Positions 16,747 to 31,238 of a stretch of 64,000 nucleotides of DNA are shown here, piece after piece. The stretch is from Eledone cirrhosa. Its lineage: Eukaryota. How positions within the stretch are numbered: position 1 is the stretch's first letter; each line of letters opens with the position of its first letter. Below the pieces are notes generated by a model. That model was not told the DNA's origin. It saw only the letters and a program-made list of their open reading frames with translations, and searched no databases. Where the stretch lies: contig OZ024740.1 in assembly GCA_964016885.1 (NCBI GenBank), positions 125,798,001 through 125,862,000 on the forward strand. The letters run 5' to 3'. A program made the translations under genes and the position numbers.

Positions 16747-17896
16747 ATGTTTCCTGCATTCGGTGGTGGATTGTACCGTGATGATGGGCTCCTTACCCTT
16801 AAAGGGTACAACCCCAGTAGTACAGATCGGGTCCGGAAACAATTAATCAGATTCTTCCGCGACTGGGGATTTAAAATAACCCTACAAACGTCCCTGACCA
16901 GAGTAAACTTCCTGGACGTGACCCTCGACCTCGAAAACGACCTGTACTACCCATACAGGAAACCTAATGACAACCTGCACTACATCCACCGCCGATCAAA
17001 CCATCCTAGGAACATCACAAACAACCTGGTCAAAAACATCTCCCTCCGCATATCCCGTTTGTCAGCTAATGAGCGGATATTCGATGAACATGCGCCTTAT
17101 TACAACCAGGCCCTCAAGCGGAGTGGTTTCCGGGAGGAAATATCCTACTGTCCAGGTCCCATTAGCGGAACCAGCAGGAGACACCGCCGCTCACGCAATG
17201 TAACATGGTTCAATCCTCCCCACAACGCAGAGGTGACAACTTCCATCGGGAAACTATTCTTTAGGCTCATTGAAAAACACTTCCCATTACAACACCGCTA
17301 CCACAACATAATTACAAAAATACCATCAAACTCTTTACAGCACTACACCAAACTTCGCACAAAACATCGTCTCCTCTAACAACAAAAAACTCAACCCCGA
17401 TGGCAGAAATAACCTAAATAGCAGTGGAGAACCGACCAGGAGGTGTAACTGCCCGGATAGATCTATTTGCCCACTCGACAATAGATGCAGAGACCGTAAT
17501 GTGATCTACCAGTGCAACGTGAGGACGGATACCTCCAACAAAGCCTATATAGGACTTACCGCATGTGACTTCAAGACCCGGCTATACCAACATAGACATA
17601 CCTTCCGAAACCCAGCCCGGCATCACGCCACTACACTTTCGGGCCACATATGGGACCTCAAGGACAACAACATCACCTATGATCTCACTTGGAGATTACT
17701 GTCCAGAGCCAATTCTTACACGGGAGGACGCCGTCCGTGCATTTTATGCTCGGAGGAAACTTTACAAATGCTGTTTTCGACGGACCAACTCCTAAACAAG
17801 AAAGATGAATTGGTTACTGCATGTAAACACAGATTGCGTAGGACTTACCTCGCCCTCAAACCCCATAATGACCCGGGGGGGGGGGGGGGGGGTTAG
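16747..17896 (+). pseudogene. PLE RT C-terminal half + GIY-YIG, frameshifted near 17320-17340
   Basis: GGLYRDDG, VNFLDVTLDL, YIHRRSNHP, WFNPP, CNC..CPL..C, IYQC..YIGLT..FKTR, CILCSEE. Confidence 0.93.
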
Positions 17897-19033
17897 ACAA
17901 GGGCTATAACACCCCACTTGCCTATTTTGTAATGGGTAACCCCTGCTTGCCAAGGGAGACGTAAGATCTTCTTTGTATTCTTTTATCGCTTCCTTTATTT
18001 CCTTCCTTCCCCCCTCTCTCCTTAGTCCTTCTACCCCAGCTCTTCTCCTTTGTCGGCGTCTTTTCTCGCCCACCCGAGGCTGCCCTTTGGCCCCTTGTAG
18101 CCTTAGTACCCCCCCCCCCCCCTAGTCTAGGATAGATTTGGCGGACTCCGCCTTTTATAGCAGTTGGTTTAGACCCCGGATACTTGTCCCCTTTTTCCGA
18201 CCGCTCCCACTATTCTCTGTGCCCTCTATATTTCTTAGTGGCACTTATGCCTTATTTTTTCGTTTCAGTATTTCTTTCTTCGCTTTTCTTTTGGGCGGGG
18301 TGGATTCTGAATTTATTCTTCCGTATTCTACCTTTACTTCGTACGAACTTTCATGTAGCTTGTTTTAGATCTTTTAGAGTTAGCATTAGTATATATTTTT
18401 CTCGGGACTCAGAATTATTATCTCGTATTAGTTCACTTTGCTGCACTGGGTGGTTGCTGGAATTGTGCCCGGGATGGAAACCTTTATTGTTTATTTCGTG
18501 GTAGTCTCTTTAGTATTTTGGCCCCTTTTGTTGACCCGTCACCGTATCATTTACGTACTTATACCTCTTAAAAGGGTCCTCGCCTATACCGTCCCACCTA
18601 GTTCTTTTACTTATTTCGTTATTTCTTTATTTCTTTCTTTACTTCTTTCTTTCTTTATTTATTTATTTATTCTAGACTAACAATAGCTAGAGACCTAGGT
18701 CGTAGAATTTAATTTACTTTACTTTTTTCTGTACACTCATTTGTTTTTCTTTACACTTATTTGCTTTTCTTCACTCTCAGTATTTTTTCTTTCCTATATT
18801 TGTCTACCCCCCATTGTTCTACCTACCGTTCCGACTTCCTCCCCCTCCCCCTCCCCTGTATCTTCTTTGACCTCATGCCCAGCTGTAGCTGGCACTACAA
18901 ACGCTTGATTGGGGCTACTCCACCCCCTCCCCTCTTTCTCCTACTGGCAGGTTTAGCCACCATCTCCCCTACTAATTTGCAACCACAGAATTACTACTGA
19001 TTTTTGACAATCACTTTGACCATATATGGAATT

Positions 19034-19127
19034 ACCCCTTGAGAAGATCGGCTATTTAAATACCAGGATAAATTTTCATTTAGTCCAGAATTAGCCGTCG
19101 AAACGGCTTGAGCTCAGCTGTCGGGGT
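19034..19127 (+). ncRNA. Type I hammerhead with U3-A8 core UUGAGAA (inverted copy at 16396-16489)
   Basis: acccc-TTGAGAA-ga.t.cggcta..tagccg.tc-GAAA-cggct.tgagctc.agctg-TC-ggggt. Confidence 0.85.
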
Positions 19128-19218
19128 CTTACTGGTTCCTATTACCCACTCTACTACCTCAGGTATTGAGTACTTTGGTGCGTTATGGTCCACCTGGTTC
19201 CTTACCACATTTCCTTCG

Positions 19219-20067
<849 letters not shown>

Positions 20068-20293
20068 TATTTATTAAAATAACAGATTAAATTTTAAGCA
20101 AAGAATCGCTGCTTTCACCCTTAACGGGATCTTCAGAAGATCCCGTTAAGGGTGAAAGCAGCGATTCTTTACTTAAACTTTAATCTGTTATTTTAATAAA
20201 TATTTGCTCTACGGTTCTTATATATTTGATATATATTTATCCTTATCGAGCCCTCTTTGGATTTTAGTCTTCAATTTTATTATTATTACTATA
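20068..20293 (+). mobile_element. Fold-back PLE-type terminus (135-bp palindrome + ~90-nt tail)
   Basis: Arms 20068-20134 and 20136-20202; the axis lies in an HHR core (CTGAAGA-t.ccc.gttaa.ggg.t-GAAA). Confidence 0.8.
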
Positions 20294-20294
20294 A

Positions 20295-20344
<50 letters not shown>

Positions 20345-20349
<5 letters not shown>

Positions 20350-21870
20350 AATTGAAATCATTGAGTGTGTTGGAGTTAAACAAACTCTTCATATTATAGA
20401 AATGACAGTATAAGATATAGCTCAATGTAATTAAATAGAGCCGAAGAATTATAAAAAAAACCCCAAAGATGCCTTCAATACATCAAAAGTCTTTATTAGC
20501 CAACAACGTTTCGTCTTATTAATCACTCATCAGGGCAAGTAAAGCTACAAGAAGCACTATAGGCTAATACAAGCCAAAAACTCAGAAGATTATGGAGTAT
20601 ACATCTATTAAAGCCTAGGAAGCATATCAAGGAAAAGTAGGCTAAGATTAAGAGGGAGCAATTACAAACATAGATATAGACCAAATCGCAAGGAAGTGAT
20701 TAACATGTTGAACCCACATTGTAAATATTATATAATGCAAAAACTTGAAACACAAATGGCAATACAATGCGAGAATTACAGTACGATATAGAATATAATA
20801 TAGTATAATAGATGCTGATAATAAAAAGCTTAATATATGTATATATATATATATATATACATATGTACATTAGTACAAACACAGACTAACATTTATTAAG
20901 TATTTAAATATATATGTATATATTGTTTACAGTATAATATAATAAAGATAAAAATAAGAATAAAGATAAAATAAAAACAAAATATAATATATAATTCGCT
21001 GTCAGTGTGCATAAACAATATAGAAACATTATAATAACACTATAATAACAATATTATAATATATTGGCATCAAAAGATATACAAAATTACATCATACATA
21101 TAATTAATTCAAGGGTAACAAATAGTATAGAGTTTTACACAGGGTAAGAACAAATCATATAGAACTAAATAGTGTTGAAAAATTGAGTTGAAAAAAATAT
21201 CCATACCATTGTAACAAATACACGGAGGTCAAGTCATTTTACATTGGCATAAATATTACCAAAATATCACAAAATATAAAAAAATATATTTACGTGGTTG
21301 ACATACAGACATATATTAATGAAATTACATGGTCAGACAAACAGCGTGTGGTAGTAAAAAATAAATAAAATAAACCTAAGATCGAAAAAAACAAAAACAA
21401 GTATATTTACTTATGTGTCACAAGCGGTTAAGTAAAAGAAGAGATAGAAATGTAAGCGGCGAATTGACTAGAAAACCTTTTTAAATTAATTAATATTAAA
21501 AGTATTTAAAATACATATTTAGTCACTTCAAAATTGGCTATATTTTAAGTCATCAAAAACGTATAAGTTTGAGATATTTCAATAAAATTATCAAGAATAG
21601 AGTAAAATATGCTCAGTTTAGTCGAATGACGTTATCAAGAAAAGACTCTAAATAGAACTATAGTAGACCAATGGGAACAGAAAGAAGAGAGGTTATGGAG
21701 GATAGGAAGGAGCATAAAAGTAAAATCAATATATTATATAATATCATAAAAGGAGCATAAAGGTGAAATTTATATATAGTATAATAGAAGGGGCGGATAT
21801 TAAGTGTGTAGAGGAGGAGGTACACTAGTTGAATGAGACTCCAACCCAAAGTATTTAGTAAGATATAAAC
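20345..21870 (-). mobile_element. Probable PLE 3' region, non-coding and AT-rich
   Basis: Minus-strand minimal HHR followed by AATAAA near the left end; extent inferred from the neighbouring elements. Confidence 0.45.
20499..20536 (-). ncRNA. Minimal type I hammerhead ribozyme
   Basis: Minus strand: gcc-CTGATGA-gt.gattaataag.ac-GAAA-c.gtt.g-TT-ggc-taataaag. Confidence 0.7.
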
Positions 21871-22767
21871 AGCTGGGCGTGAGGTCAAATGGATACTGGG
21901 GAGGGGGAGGGGGAGGAATTTGAAACGGTAAGTAGAACAATGAAAGGGTAAAACTATAAACAGTACTGAGAGAGAGAAAAAAAAAAGAAGCAAAGTCTGG
22001 TTACTAAGACTTAAGTCTCTCGCTATTGCTAGGCTAAAGAAATACATAAATAAATAAATAAACAAATACGTGAATAAAAGAATCGATAAATAAATTTAAA
22101 AATATATATAATGAAGAATAAAATACTAAAGAGACTGCCACGAAATAATAAAGGTTTCTACCCCAATCACAGGGCCAGCAACCACCCAGTGCAAGAAAGT
22201 AAACTAGTACGAGAATATAATTTAGGGTCCCGCAAAAAAATACTAGTGCTAACTCTAAGGGTACCGCCACGAAACGAAAAGTCTTATACACGCTACATGA
22301 GAGATCGTACGAAGTAAAAGTAAACAACGGAAAATTAATACAGAGACACCCCCCCCCCAAACAAAAGGGAAATAGAAGAAAGAAATACTGGATAAACGAG
22401 AAATTAAAGCAAAGATGCCACTAAGAAATATAGAAGGCACGGAAAAAAGGGGCACAGCGGTCGGAGAAGGTGGCAAGTATCCGAAGTCTAACACCTCTGC
22501 TATAAAAAGCGGAGTCAGCCAAATCTATCATAGAATAGGGGAAGGGGTGGGGGTGTTGAAGCTACAAGGGACCGAGGGGCTACGTCGGGTGGGCGAGAAA
22601 AAGACGACGACAAAGAAAAGGAACTGGGGTAGAAGGACTAGGGAGGGATGGGGGGAAGAAGGAAATATAGAGGAAGCGATAAAAGAATGTAAAAGAAGAT
22701 CTTACGTCGCCATTGGCAAGCAGGGGTTACCCATTACAAAATAGGCAAGTGGGGTGTTATAGCACTA

Positions 22768-23320
22768 GTCTACCCCCCCCCCCCCGGGTCATTATGGGGT
22801 TTGAGGGCGATAAGTCCTACGTAATCGGTGTTTACATGCAGTAACCAGTTCATCTTTCTTGTTTAGGAGTTGGTCCGTCGAAAACAGCATTTGTAAAGTT
22901 TCCTCCGAGCATAAATTGCACGGACGGCGTCCTCCCGTGTAACAGTTGGCTCTGGACAATAAGCTCTAAGTGAGATCATAGGTAATATTGTTATCCTTGA
23001 GGTCCCAGATGTGGCCCGAAAGTGTGGTGGCGTGACGCCGGGCGGGGTTTCGGAAGGTATGTCTGTGTTGGTATAGCCGGGTCTTGAAGTCACATGCGGT
23101 TAATCCTATATAAGCTTTGTTGGAGGTGTCCGTCCTCACGTTGCACTGGTGATCACATTACGGTCTCTGCATCTGTTGTCGAGGGGGCAACTGGATCTAT
23201 CAGGACAATTGCACCTCCTAGTCGGCTCTCCACTGCTATTTGGGTTGTTTCTTCCATCGGGGTTGAGTTTTTTGTTGTTGGAGGAGACGATGTTTTGTGC
23301 GAAGTTAGGTGTAGTGCTGT
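22768..23320 (-). pseudogene. PLE GIY-YIG fragment
   Basis: Close reverse-complement homologue of 17340-17896. Confidence 0.88.
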
Positions 23321-23614
23321 ATTAATTTTCCGTTCTTTACTTTTACTTCGTACGATCTTTCATGTAGCGTGTATAAGACTTTTCGTTTCGTGGAGGTACC
23401 CTTAGAGTTAGCACTAGTATTTTTTTGCGGGACCCTAAATTATATTCTCGTACTAGTTTACTTTCTTGCACTGGGTGGTTGCTGGCCCTGTGATTGGGGT
23501 AGAAACCTTTATTATTTCGTGGCAGTCTCTTTAGTATTTTATTCTTCATTATATATATTTTTAAATTTATTTATCTATTCTTTTATTCACGTATTTGTTT
23601 ATTTATTTATTTAT

Positions 23615-26600
23615 CTTGCCAACAATAGGGCAGATGTATCTGGTACAACAAGCATAATAACAGCAAATATCCAGGGTCTTTATCCGAAAACAAAACAGTG
23701 TAAAGTCCTTTTCTTGGAAGAATTAGCAACAGAAAACAACTCCAAAATAATTGGAATTACTGAAAGTCATCTCAACGAAAACATCCGCAACAGCGAAATC
23801 TCAATCAATGGATTCAACATCTTCAGATGTGATAGACAAGGCAGATCCCATGGGGGCGTTATCATGTATATCCATGATACCTATGCATGCATAGAACTTG
23901 TCAATGAATCAAATGCCTACTGCAACCTGCTGTGCATGAAAATCATCCAACTTAATACAGTTGTAACAATAATGTACAAACCGCCAAACAGCCCAACATT
24001 ATCCTTCACTGAGCCACTGACAAAGCTCCAACAAATTCTGGGAAACATGGCGAGTCCAATGCCAGACATTATCCTCCTTGGTGACTTCAACTTCCCTAAC
24101 ATCATCTGGCCACATGGACACATACTAAAACTGGGGACAAAAGCTGAACAAATACAGGCAGCCAAACTGTTGGAAGTCACAGAGAAATTATACCTCAAAC
24201 AAATGATGACAGAAGCAACTAGAAATAATAATACGATCGACTTGGTTTTCACCAACAACGAGGACACGCTATTTGACCTTCACTCAACCCCAACAATCCT
24301 TTCAGACCACAATATTATTGAAATGCATTTACACATTGGTAATGAGCCCAATGCCACAACTCTTAAACAAAAGGACATGCCAAAGCTATGCAGGTATGAT
24401 TATCACCAGGCAAATTGGGAAACTATTAACAACCAGTTACAAATCATTGACTGGGATCTCTACCTTACTGGGCCAGAGAAACACAAAAAATTCTTAAACA
24501 AGATCGAAGAAATATGTGCAAAAAATATTCCTCTTAAGAAAACCAAATCCACAAAAAAACCTGTACCACGGGAGCGAAAGATCCTGATGCGCAAAAGGTC
24601 AAGACTAAGAAACAAAACATCTAAGCTGAGATCAAAACATGAACTACAGAAAGTCCTTGACCAAATATACAGATTAGAAGACAATCTAAAACAACACTAT
24701 GATGAAGAACGTAACAATGCAGAAAAGAGAGCCATAGAAAACATCAAGAAAAATCCAAAATGTTTCTACAGTTTTGCAAAGAAATACTCGAATACCAAGT
24801 CAACAATAGGACCTCTCCAGAGACAAAATGGGGATGTAGTGAATAACCCTATTGAAATGGCAGAAATGTTGGGTCAACAGTATGAAAGTGTCTTCAGTGA
24901 GCCATCTAAAACCATGAAGATCCATGACCCAGGAGAATTCTTCAAGGATATCGACCATACTAAACCTTCCCTATCCGACATTGATTTCAACCCAGAAGAC
25001 ATAGAAAGAGCCATAGACAAGCTCTCCATGCACTCGGCTGCGGGGCTTGATTGTTTCAATGCCATGATACTTAAAAACTGCAAGGTACAATTGTTGAAAC
25101 CCCTTTACATGATATGGAAGGAATCTATGGAGAATTGCAAAATACCAAATACATATAAAGAAGCACACATAACTCCAATACATAAAGGGGACAGCAAATC
25201 AAAACCAAAGAACTACCGACCAATTTCACTGACATCACACATTATCAAGGTCTTCGAAAGAATAGTTCGTGGAAAACTGGTTGAGTTCCTGGAATCCAAC
25301 AATCTGATGAATTGCAACCAGCATGGATTCAGATTAGGTAGATCATGTCTTTCCCAACTACTGGCACACCATGACCAAATCCTAGAAAATCTAGAGAATG
25401 GATACAACACAGATGTTATTTACCTCGACTTTGCCAAGGCATTTGACAAGGTAGATCATGGCATCCTGGGACACAAACTTCGAAAGCTAGGAGTAGCAGG
25501 AAAAGTTGGTACATGGATACATGAGTTCCTTACAAATAGAACTCAAACAATCACTGTGAATGGAACCCATTCAACACCATCACCTGTGACCAGCAGTGTT
25601 CCTCAGGGTACAGTACTCGGCCCGATCCTGTTTCTCATCCTCATCTCTGACATAGATGAAGATACAACCAGCAACGTCTCATCCTTTGCTGATGACACCA
25701 GGGTCATGAGACAAATCAAAGACGAGGTGGATACAGAGGCCTTACAAAAGGACCTGACCACCATATACAAATGGCAGGAAACACACAACATGTTGTTCAA
25801 TGATAAGAAGTTTGAACTAATTCGCTACGGAACAGATCAAGATCTGAAAAATACAACAAACTACAGAAACCCATCAGGACAACAAATAATGGAAAAACAG
25901 TGTGTGAAAGATTTAGGCATCCACATGGGAACCAGCCTAAAATTCAGAGAACACCTTGACTCAGTCTGTCTTACTGCAAGAAAGTACAGCGGGTGGATCT
26001 TGCGCACCTTCAAATCAAGAGATACCTCAACAATGAAAACCCTCTGGAACAGTATGATACTTCCGAGGATTGACTACTGTTCTCAGTTGTGGTCACCAAC
26101 AACAAAGGGCCAACTATCTAAGATGGAATCGCTCCAAAGAAATTTTACCTCATACTTCTCAGAAACGAGGGACCTGGACTATTGGCAAAGACTCAAAACC
26201 TTGAAGATGTACTCAATAGAAAGAAGATTTGAGCGATACCGAATTATATACATTTGGGAAATGATAGAGCAAAAGGTGCCAAACTTTGGTATCAAAACCT
26301 ACCACTCACTGCGCCACGGAAGACGCTGCCAGCTACCACCAATCAACAAAAAGGCTGGCCAGGCAGCAAAAACCCTGCGAGAGTCAAGTCTGTTGGTTCG
26401 AGGGGCACAACTATTCAACTCCATTCCGGTACATGTCAGAAATCTATCAGGATGCAGTGTGGAATCATTCAAATTGCAACTGGATAGATACTTAAGCACC
26501 ATTAGAGATGAACCCCATCTCCCAGGATATACACAACGAGCACAAAATGACTCAAACTCGCTCCTACACATGTCAAAATTAAACAGAGAATCCAACCTGG

Positions 26601-26644
26601 CAACCACACCAGACTCTGAGGGTGGAGTCTTCGACTTGGCCTGA
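23615..26644 (+). CDS. LINE ORF2 (APE endonuclease + RT), open for ~1009 codons, native start missing
   Basis: ANIQGL, ITESHL, GGV, GDFNFP, SDHNII, NYRPISLTS, QHGFR, YLDFAKAFDKV, VPQGTVLGP, FADDT, KDLGI. Confidence 0.92.
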   Translation, partial: LANNRADVSGTTSIITANIQGLYPKTKQCKVLFLEELATENNSKIIGITESHLNENIRNSEISINGFNIFRCDRQGRSHGGVIMYIHDTYACIELVNESNAYCNLLCMKIIQLNTVVTIMYKPPNSPTLSFTEPLTKLQQILGNMASPMPDIILLGDFNFPNIIWPHGHILKLGTKAEQIQAAKLLEVTEKLYLKQMMTEATRNNNTIDLVFTNNEDTLFDLHSTPTILSDHNIIEMHLHIGNEPNATTLKQKDMPKLCRYDYHQANWETINNQLQIIDWDLYLTGPEKHKKFLNKIEEICAKNIPLKKTKSTKKPVPRERKILMRKRSRLRNKTSKLRSKHELQKVLDQIYRLEDNLKQHYDEERNNAEKRAIENIKKNPKCFYSFAKKYSNTKSTIGPLQRQNGDVVNNPIEMAEMLGQQYESVFSEPSKTMKIHDPGEFFKDIDHTKPSLSDIDFNPEDIERAIDKLSMHSAAGLDCFNAMILKNCKVQLLKPLYMIWKESMENCKIPNTYKEAHITPIHKGDSKSKPKNYRPISLTSHIIKVFERIVRGKLVEFLESNNLMNCNQHGFRLGRSCLSQLLAHHDQILENLENGYNTDVIYLDFAKAFDKVDHGILGHKLRKLGVAGKVGTWIHEFLTNRTQTITVNGTHSTPSPVTSSVPQGTVLGPILFLILISDIDEDTTSNVSSFADDTRVMRQIKDEVDTEALQKDLTTIYKWQETHNMLFNDKKFELIRYGTDQDLKNTTNYRNPSGQQIMEKQCVKDLGIHMGTSLKFREHLDSVCLTARKYSGWILRTFKSRDTSTMKTLWNSMILPRIDYCSQLWSPTTKGQLSKMESLQRNFTSYFSETRDLDYWQRLKTLKMYSIERRFERYRIIYIWEMIEQKVPNFGIKTYHSLRHGRRCQLPPINKKAGQAAKTLRESSLLVRGAQLFNSIPVHVRNLSGCSVESFKLQLDRYLSTIRDEPHLPGYTQRAQNDSNSLLHMSKLNRESNLATTPDSEGGVFDLA

Positions 26645-26680
26645 GCATGGACTCAAACTCAAATGAAATGAAATGAAATG
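23615..26680 (+). mobile_element. CR1-group LINE, 5'-truncated, with (AAATG)n tail
   Basis: Splits the PLE UTR sequence ...tttatttat|gtatttcttt..., which is contiguous at 22031-22070; very short 3' UTR; no clear target-site duplication. Confidence 0.88.
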
Positions 26681-27209
26681 TATTTCTTTAGCCTAGCAAT
26701 AGCGAGACACTTAAGTCTTAGTAACCAGACTTTGCTTTTTTTTTTTTTTTTTTCTCTCTCAGTACTGTTTATAGTTTTACCCTTTCATTGTTCTACTTAC
26801 CGTTTCGAATTCCTCTCACTCCCCCTCCCCACTATCCATTTGACCTCACGCCCAGCTGTAGCCAGCACTACCAACGCATGAATGGGTCTACTCCACCCCC
26901 TCCCCCTTTTTCTCCTACCGGCAGGTTTGGCTACCCCTTCCCCCACCAATTTGCCATCACCGATTTACTACTAACTTGTGATGTGACCAATCCTGGTGAT
27001 TGTCTCTTTGACCATATATGGAATTACCCCTTGATAAGCTCGGCTTTTTAAATACCTGAATAAATTTTCATCAGTCCAGAATTAGCCGTCTAAACGGCTT
27101 GAGCTCAGCCGTCGGGGTCTTACTTGTTCCTATTACCCACTCTACTACCCTAAGTATTGAGTACTTTGGTGCGTTATAGTCCACCTGGTTCCTTACCATA
27201 TTTCCTTCG

Positions 27210-27211
<2 letters not shown>

Positions 27212-27242
<31 letters not shown>

Positions 27243-27505
27243 AATATATATATATGTATATATATATATGTATATATATATATAAATATATGTATATATG
27301 TATGTATATAATTATGTATATATATGTATGTATATATATATATATATGTATATATATGTATATATATATATGTATATATATATGTATATATATGTATATA
27401 TATATATACATATATATATATACATATATATATCTATATACATATATATATATACATATATATATAGATATATACATATATATATAGATATATAGATATA
27501 TATAC

Positions 27506-27574
<69 letters not shown>

Positions 27575-27575
27575 A

Positions 27576-27611
<36 letters not shown>

Positions 27612-27645
27612 ATATATATATGTATATATAAATATGTATATATAA

Positions 27646-27709
<64 letters not shown>

Positions 27710-27822
27710 GTATATATGTATATATATATATATGTATATATATATATGTATATATATATATATGTATATATATATATGTATATATATATATGTATATATA
27801 TATATATGTATATATATATATG

Positions 27823-27866
<44 letters not shown>
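27212..27866. repeat. (TA)n microsatellite
   Basis: Directly visible. Confidence 0.97.
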
Positions 27867-27868
<2 letters not shown>

Positions 27869-28010
27869 AGTTGAAAAAAATGAAAACGAAATTTCATTTC
27901 TCACTCTTAGTATGGCACTTACTTAAACGTAAGTATGTATGTATACGTACATACACATATGTATACAGACGTACAGTAGCACGCATATATATATACACAC
28001 ATATACACAC

Positions 28011-28059
<49 letters not shown>

Positions 28060-28538
28060 CACACATACACACATGCATACAGGTACACATACATATATGC
28101 ACGCATCAGTTTAGCCGACGTTTATTATAACGCCGGCCGCTTTGTTCGTTTGTTTGTCAACAAAGCGAACAGCCTGAATTTATGCCATACGGTGTTAAGG
28201 CAACCACGTCACCTTTTTTTTTTTTTTTTTTTTTTTTTGTTCAACACTGACACAGGAACGATGTACTAGTTTCAAGCTTGTTAGCTATCATCAGCACCGT
28301 TTACCCATCTGCCAGATAGTTGAACGTTCGAAAGTATATACTTTCCTTATGAAAATTAACGGCTGAGCAGCCTAATTTGCATATTGAGTGAGTTAAATCG
28401 GTCAGGCATACCGAAAACGATAAGTTGAAAAAAATGAAAACGAAATTTCATTTCTCACTCTTAGTATGGCACTTACTTAAACGTGAGTATGTATGTATAC
28501 GTACATACACATATGTATACAGACGTAGAGTAGCACGC

Positions 28539-28594
<56 letters not shown>

Positions 28595-29064
28595 GCATAC
28601 AGGTACACATACATATATGAACGCATCAGTTTAGCCGACGTTTATTATAACGCCGGCCGCTTTGTTCGTTTGTTTGTCAACAAAGCGAACAGCCTGAATC
28701 TATGCCATACGGTGTTAAGGCAACCACGTCACCTTTTTGTTCAACACTGACACAGGAACGATGTACTAGTTTCAAGCTTGTTAGCTATCATCAGCACCGT
28801 TTACCCATCTGCCAGATAGTTGAACGTTCGAAAGTATATACTTTCCTTATGAAAATTAACGGCTGAGCAGCCTAATTTGCATATTGAGTGAGTTAAATCG
28901 GTCAGGCATACCGAAAACGATAAGTTGAAAAAAATGAAAACGAAATTTCATTTCTCACTCTTAGTATGGCACTTACTTAAACGTAAGTATGTATGTATAC
29001 GTACATACACATATGTATACAGACGTACAGTAGCACGCATATATATATACACACATATACACAC

Positions 29065-29113
<49 letters not shown>

Positions 29114-29582
29114 CACACATACACACATGCATACAGGTACACATACATATATGCACGCATCAGTTTAGCCGACGTTTATTATAACGCCGGCCGCTTTGTT
29201 CGTTTGTTTGTCAACAAAGCGAACAGCCTGAATTTATGCCATACGGTGTTAAGGCAACCACGTCACCTTTTTTTTTTTTTTTGTTCAACACTGACACAGG
29301 AACGATGTACTAGTTTCAAGCTTGTTAGCTATCATCAGCACCGTTTACCCATCTGCCAGATAGTTGAACGTTCGAAAGTATATACTTTCCTTATGAAAAT
29401 TAACGGCTGAGCAGCCTAATTTGCATATTGAGTGAGTTAAATCGGTCAGGCATACCGAAAACGATAAGTTGAAAAAAATGAAAACGAAATTTCATTTCTC
29501 ACTCTTAGTATGGCACTTACTTAAACGTGAGTATGTATGTATACGTACATACACATATGTATACAGACGTAGAGTAGCACGC

Positions 29583-29642
<60 letters not shown>

Positions 29643-30112
29643 GCATACAGGTACACATACATATATGAACGCATCAGTTTAGCCGACGTTTATTATAACG
29701 CCGGCCGCTTTGTTCGTTTGTTTGTCAACAAAGCGAACAGCCTGAATCTATGCCATACGGTGTTAAGGCAACCACGTCACCTTTTTGTTCAACACTGACA
29801 CAGGAACGATGTACTAGTTTCAAGCTTGTTAGCTATCATCAGCACCGTTTACCCATCTGCCAGATAGTTGAACGTTCGAAAGTATATACTTTCCTTATGA
29901 AAATTAACGGCTGAGCAGCCTAATTTGCATATTGAGTGAGTTAAATCGGTCAGGCATACCGAAAACGATAAGTTGAAAAAAATGAAAACGAAATTTCATT
30001 TCTCACTCTTAGTATGGCACTTACTTAAACGTAAGTATGTATGTATACGTACATACACATATGTATACAGACGTACAGTAGCACGCATATATATATACAC
30101 ACATATACACAC

Positions 30113-30165
<53 letters not shown>

Positions 30166-30663
30166 CACACATACACACATGCATACAGGTACACATACAT
30201 ATATGCACGCATCAGTTTAGCCGACGTTTATTATAACGCCGGCCGCTTTGTTCGTTTGTTTGTCAACAAAGCGAACAGCCTGAATTTATGCCATACGGTG
30301 TTAAGGCAACCACGTCACCTTTTTTTTTTTTTTTTGTTTTTTTTTTTTTTTTTTTTTTTTTTTGTTCAACACTGACACAGGAACGATGTACTAGTTTCAA
30401 GCTTGTTAGCTATCATCAGCACCGTTTACCCATCTGCCAGATAGTTGAACGTTCGAAAGTATATACTTTCCTTATGAAAATTAACGGCTGAGCAGCCTAA
30501 TTTGCATATTGAGTGAGTTAAATCGGTCAGGCATACCGAAAACGATAAGTTGAAAAAAATGAAAACGAAATTTCATTTCTCACTCTTAGTATGGCACTTA
30601 CTTAAACGTGAGTATGTATGTATACGTACATACACATATGTATACAGACGTAGAGTAGCACGC

Positions 30664-30719
<56 letters not shown>

Positions 30720-31189
30720 GCATACAGGTACACATACATATATGAACGCATCAGTTTAGCCGACGTTTATTATAACGCCGGCCGCTTTGTTCGTTTGTTT
30801 GTCAACAAAGCGAACAGCCTGAATCTATGCCATACGGTGTTAAGGCAACCACGTCACCTTTTTGTTCAACACTGACACAGGAACGATGTACTAGTTTCAA
30901 GCTTGTTAGCTATCATCAGCACCGTTTACCCATCTGCCAGATAGTTGAACGTTCGAAAGTATATACTTTCCTTATGAAAATTAACGGCTGAGCAGCCTAA
31001 TTTGCATATTGAGTGAGTTAAATCGGTCAGGCATACCGAAAACGATAAGTTGAAAAAAATGAAAACGAAATTTCATTTCTCACTCTTAGTATGGCACTTA
31101 CTTAAACGTAAGTATGTATGTATACGTACATACACATATGTATACAGACGTACAGTAGCACGCATATATATATACACACATATACACAC

Positions 31190-31238
<49 letters not shown>

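Larger units (their letters stand above)
21868..27212. mobile_element. Second subfamily copy of the 16382-19222 PLE, two diverging arms, interrupted by a LINE
   Basis: 21868-23320 is antisense (GIY-YIG end + 3' UTR); 23321-23614 and 26680-27212 are sense 3' UTR, pLTR and tail. HHR at 27026-27118 has TTGATAA and TAAA instead of GAAA. Confidence 0.9.

Noticed and set aside
23369-23614. Hydrophobic N-terminal extension of the 1091-aa ORF
   Set aside because: Chance read-through from the T-rich PLE UTR upstream of the LINE junction.
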